In this document: positions 23,292-24,000 of the stretch, piece after piece
How the letters are laid out: every line of letters begins with the position of its first letter
How positions within the stretch are numbered: position 1 is the stretch's first letter
Source: an uncultured Actinomycetota bacterium
GTDB lineage: Bacteria; Actinomycetota; Actinomycetes; Sporichthyales; Sporichthyaceae
Direction of reading: 5' to 3'
DNA: 24,000 nucleotides
Assembly: GCA_963722375.1 (NCBI GenBank)
Contig: CAVRLI010000011.1
Location: 1 to 24,000 of the forward strand
Notes under the pieces: generated by a model
What the model saw: only the letters and a program-made list of their open reading frames with translations
Databases searched by the model: none
Told to the model about the DNA's origin: nothing
Made by a program: the position numbers and the translations under genes

Positions 23292-24000
23292 GTGAATGGC
23301 ATCGACCCCGGACGGCTGACCGATGCCCTGGCGGTGATGGCCGAGGTGGAGGCGCTGCCGCCCGAGCACCCCGACGCGGTGGCCGTACGTCTGGCGGTGG
23401 GCGGGCTGTTCAAGAGCGTGAAGGAGCGACGCCGGGCCGAACGGCAGGCCCGGATCCGGGCCGAGGATGCGGCGGTCACAGCGGCCACCGCCACCGCGGC
23501 GCCGGGACGTATCGACGACGAGACCGCAGGCGCGTTCGCGCTCACCACCGAGACCACCACCGAACTCGCCGGCATCCTCAACCGGGCCCGCGGCTGCTAC
23601 ATCTGCAAGGTCCGCTACGTCGAGGTGGACGCCTTCTACCACCAGCTGTGTCCGGCCTGTGCGGCCTTCAACCGGACCAAGCGCGACGCCCGCACCGACC
23701 TGACCGGCCGCCGCGCGCTGCTCACCGGCGGGCGGGCAAAGATCGGCATGTACATCGCACTGCGGCTGCTGCGCGACGGCGCGCACACCACGATCACCAC
23801 CCGCTTCCCCTCCGACGCGGTGCGCCGGTTCAGCGCGATGGAGGACAGCGCGGACTGGCTGCACCGCCTGCGCATCGTCGGCATCGACCTGCGCGACCCG
23901 GCGCAGGTGGTCGCGCTCGCCGACTCCGTCGCCGCGGCCGGCCCGCTGGACATCCTGATCAACAACGCCGCGCAGACGGTGCGCCGCAGCCCCGGCTCCT
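23292..24000 (+). CDS. SDR-family oxidoreductase with an N-terminal CxxC...CxxC extension (partial, runs off the window)
   Basis: My own translation of frame 3 from GTG 23292 (this ORF is not in the supplied track because it has no stop in the window) reads ...GCYICKVRYVEVDAFYHQLCPACAAFN...ALLTGGRAKIGMYIALRLL...DILINNAAQT. The start codon is uncertain; the in-frame stop at 23277-23279 bounds it upstream. Confidence 0.7.
   Translation, partial: MNGIDPGRLTDALAVMAEVEALPPEHPDAVAVRLAVGGLFKSVKERRRAERQARIRAEDAAVTAATATAAPGRIDDETAGAFALTTETTTELAGILNRARGCYICKVRYVEVDAFYHQLCPACAAFNRTKRDARTDLTGRRALLTGGRAKIGMYIALRLLRDGAHTTITTRFPSDAVRRFSAMEDSADWLHRLRIVGIDLRDPAQVVALADSVAAAGPLDILINNAAQTVRRSPGS

Noticed and set aside
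1-24000. Programmed ribosomal frameshifting or other recoding as the explanation for the many split genes.
   Set aside because: The shift sites share no slippery heptamer or common downstream structure. They go in both directions (+1 and -1) and occur in unrelated gene families. Indels, whether real or technical, are the simpler explanation.
1-24000. A search by eye for CRISPR arrays, tRNA or rRNA genes, and transposase, integrase or toxin-antitoxin genes.
   Set aside because: I found no regularly spaced direct repeats, no cloverleaf-like or rRNA-like stretches, and no ORF with recombinase or transposase motifs. A covariance-model or HMM scan would be needed for certainty.

Overview
This is GC-rich, actinobacterial-type DNA in which third codon positions are almost always G/C. 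All protein identifications come from motifs I recognised by eye; no database search was possible.

The window is dominated by a full gene set for a group 1h (formerly group 5, Hhy-type, high-affinity atmospheric-H2) [NiFe]-hydrogenase. It is arranged in three transcription units.

1. Plus strand, 80-4810: a SIS/HypC-like fusion, a GmhA-like SIS protein, hypE, hypC, hypD and a conserved hypothetical.
2. Minus strand, 20128 down to 10171, an 11-gene tightly coupled operon: hhyS, hhyL, an HhyE-like Fe-S protein, three conserved unknowns, the maturation endopeptidase, two tiny ORFs, hypF and a second hypC.
3. Plus strand, 21000-22541: an XRE-type regulator, hypA and hypB, flanked by two YceI-like genes.

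A five-gene accessory block sits between units 1 and 2 (4932-10163). It encodes a PEP-utilising swivel-domain protein, an SDR, a cytochrome P450, a SnoaL-like protein and a tandem universal stress protein. A further SDR gene runs off the 3' end of the window.

Three things are not explained by ordinary annotation.

- A 53-bp, roughly 49% GC, perfectly nested palindrome is embedded in frame inside hypF (11932-11984).
- At least ten single-nucleotide frame disruptions are spread over eight or more genes, including the catalytic subunit hhyL, hypE and the endopeptidase. They indicate either an error-rich assembly or a decaying locus.
- A 93-bp multi-stem hairpin lies between convergent genes (4808-4900), and the AT-richer hhyS control region (20129-20368) carries repeated motifs.

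I saw no rRNA, tRNA, CRISPR array, transposase or integrase.
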